Source: Nageia nagi (taxonomy: Eukaryota; Plantae; Pinophyta). Taken from it: a stretch of 64,000 bases of DNA. Below, piece after piece: positions 61,535 to 64,000 of this stretch. Position numbers and translations under genes: made by a program. Below the pieces are notes generated by a model. That model did no database searches. It was not told the origin of the DNA and saw only the letters and a program-made list of their open reading frames with translations. The DNA lies in contig JBITNC010000001.1 of NCBI GenBank assembly GCA_050084985.1, forward strand, positions 156,736,001 to 156,800,000. The letters run 5' to 3'. Positions within the stretch are counted from its first letter, which is position 1. The number at the start of each line of letters is the position of its first letter.

Positions 61535-64000
61535 TGTTGGGATGCCTTTCTTTCCCGCGGCAACCCTTTGAAGATCGTGTGTAGGACTTATGAGCCACCC
61601 AACAACATAGTTGGGAATGCATTACCAATTCCCCCTTTTGAAAAGGACTGGATATCTCCAAGGCTCTTGTCGAAACACCTACTCAACAACTCAACATTTT
61701 GTCGTTGTAGGTATGCCTGCCAAGCAAGATCTCGTGCTTGGGCAAGTGTTTCTGGTCTAGGAATAGATGAAAGAAAGTGCGGTATCCTTCTTTGGAATCA
61801 GCCTCAATGGAATGGAATGAGAGGTAGTAGCATGTTAACCAACGTTGTTTTATTTGATATATATAGTTTCTTCAAAATATCTGTGTGGACTTAACGATTG
61901 TATTTGATTTTGAAAGCATAAAGAAAGTGTAAAGAAAACATAAATAAAATACTGTAAAGTGAGAGACTACACTTTGTGAAACAGAAACGGATACTTGGTC
62001 AGATAACAAACAAGTCACCATGATGAAGCATTGTCTAAAAAGTTAATCCTTTTCGGATCAATTTAGGGATTTCATCCAATTCATCCAGCTTTGCGAACAA
62101 ACAACTATGTTTTGTTGTTCCAAAGAGGGACGAGGAGGGAAGCCGATTGCGAGCAATCAAATGGGTGGTGGAAGAACGTGGGAAGAACAAGAGTTTGGAT
62201 GTAAACCTCTAGTTTGATGTCATAAAACAGGAAAAAAATTCAGAATACCTCATCTACATGCATGTTGTGAACCAAGCAACTATCAAAGACTGATTTCCAA
62301 CACTTTAAAGAATAAAGCAATGATACATTCCCTAAAACTCGCAAGTTTTCAAAGGAAGGACACGAAAGTGTCGAACAAGCAATGATAATCCTTAAGAAAC
62401 AATTCACAACACCATAAATGGATAAACAGGTTCGATCTTTGCTTTAATCACTTTGTATTAACTTGCAAAAGAGTTGTGCAATGATACATCAATTTGCTCC
62501 TCTTTTACAAAAGTTTCACTTTTTTCACAAAATGAGTTCTAGTGCAAATGAGACCCCATGCCATTTATTTATAAGCAAAATTAGGTCAAATTCTCGAGTG
62601 TTGCCCTAATTTCTAAAAAAGCTTTAAAATGCTAATATGAATGCTAAATTGAGATTACAATATCGTTTTAATGGGAGAACAATCTCATCCCACTAAAATA
62701 TGCTAGAAATAAAATATTTACAAAAATTGATGCCCTCTGGCACACATTTTGAAGCGTTTTGCATCAATTTGGCAAAAATTGGAACTTCAAATCCTCATGT
62801 TGGATCCTTCTGACAATCTTTTGAGCTTCTTTTTTTGAATATGGATTTGCCTTTGATGTGATCATTAGTGGCAAATTTTCAACAGATTCTGAGAGAATTT
62901 TTCGAAAAAATGGATTTTTTTGGTCTATTTTTCAAAAAAGATGGGGGGGTCTCCGAAATTTGGAAAATTTTTAAAAGGTGGATTTGACCCCATGGATGGA
63001 TGAAGGATGGGATTTCAAGGTCATTGGCAAGTTTCGAGAGCTTTTGGGGCTTTTAGGAGGTTTTGGGAAAGATTTGAAGTTTTTGGCAAAATTTTCGATT
63101 TTCATGACTATGGATTTTTTTGATAGAAAAAAGTGAAAATTTCCATAGGAATGAAAAATGCCTCTTAGATTTTTGAGCACTTTAACTTGCTCAAATTTGA
63201 AACTTGCAAGTTTAAAGTTGCTTAAAATTCCATTTTCCACACAACGAAGGCAAAATTTAATAATTTTGAGCAAAATTTGTAAATCCTCCTCAAGTTAGGC
63301 GCTAGTTTTCATCTCATTGGAATTCCATACACTTGGAAAACTGCACCTAGCCTTTTGGTGCATTTAAGTTGCTCAAAATTGAAAATTTGAAGGGTTAAAT
63401 GTGCTTGGAATGTCTTTCTCCATGCAATGAAGGGGTCCAACTTGATTTTTGAGTGAATTTGCACTTATCTCTCCATCTTAGGCACTGATTTTCAGTTCTA
63501 TGGATTTGTAATGAGATGAAAAGCTGCGCCTAGCTGCTAGAGGCTTTAAATGAGCTCAAAATCACTTTTTTGTAGACCTAAATGTGTTTTGAATGGCATT
63601 TTCCATGCAATGAAGTGCTCACAAATGACTTTTGGAACAAATTGGTGAATTATTGGCAACTTATGCGCCAGTTTTCAGCCCTATGGATCTTCAACAAGCC
63701 TCAAACCTGTGCCTAGTTATTTGTGCCCCCAAACTTGCTCAAAAATGAAAGTTTTCAAGTTTAAATGTGCTTAGAATGGGGTGTTTTACACATTTATGTC
63801 TTCAAATTTGGTTTTTGATCAAAAATCCATCCTTCTCCTTGACTTAGGTGCCAAAAAACACTTCTTTGGGATTCCATTGGCATGAAAACATGCGCCTATG
63901 CTTTTAGGTCATTTCCCTTGCTCAAAAGTGAAATTTTGTAGACCTAAACCTTTTTGAAATGCCCTTTTCTTTGCTCACAAACTTTCAAACTTGAATTTTG
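61535..64000 (-). mobile_element. Tat/Ogre-like LTR running off the window, with 183-bp subrepeats
   Basis: Minus-strand end GGAAAGAAAGGCATCCCAACA resembles the end of LTR C; no PBS follows; GCTCAAA recurs at ~63189, 63371, 63554, 63737, 63920. Confidence 0.7.

Overview
Plant nuclear DNA with the look of a large gymnosperm-type genome (an inference from TE lineages, heavy C>T decay and a giant intron). Most of it is nested, degenerate transposable elements. One host gene is visible, a class-3 lipase on the minus strand. An 89-bp exon (60091-60179) splices in exact phase across a 36.6-kb intron to the terminal coding exon (23246-23456), which carries the catalytic-His motif DHLNYYG. The intron holds a stack of insertions: a hAT remnant; a Tat/Ogre-like element (tRNA-Asn PBS) with a solo LTR inside its LTR; two nested non-autonomous Gag-protease chromovirus derivatives (A contains B, B contains a hAT with a perfect 8-bp TSD); two tail-to-tail Galadriel-like chromovirus copies forming a ~2.2-kb-arm inverted repeat; and further nested LTRs. 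Downstream of the gene (1-22 kb) lie a truncated Copia, a full-length SIRE-like Copia, and Gypsy and LINE remnants. The two most unusual items are the proteins of the non-autonomous elements. One is a ~900-codon ORF with a Q/N/Y-rich head, 13-aa repeats and two tandem catalytically dead retropepsin domains. The other is a Gag-PR polyprotein whose RT/RH/IN is replaced in frame by 10-aa repeats plus a conserved tail. All calls were made by eye, without database searches.
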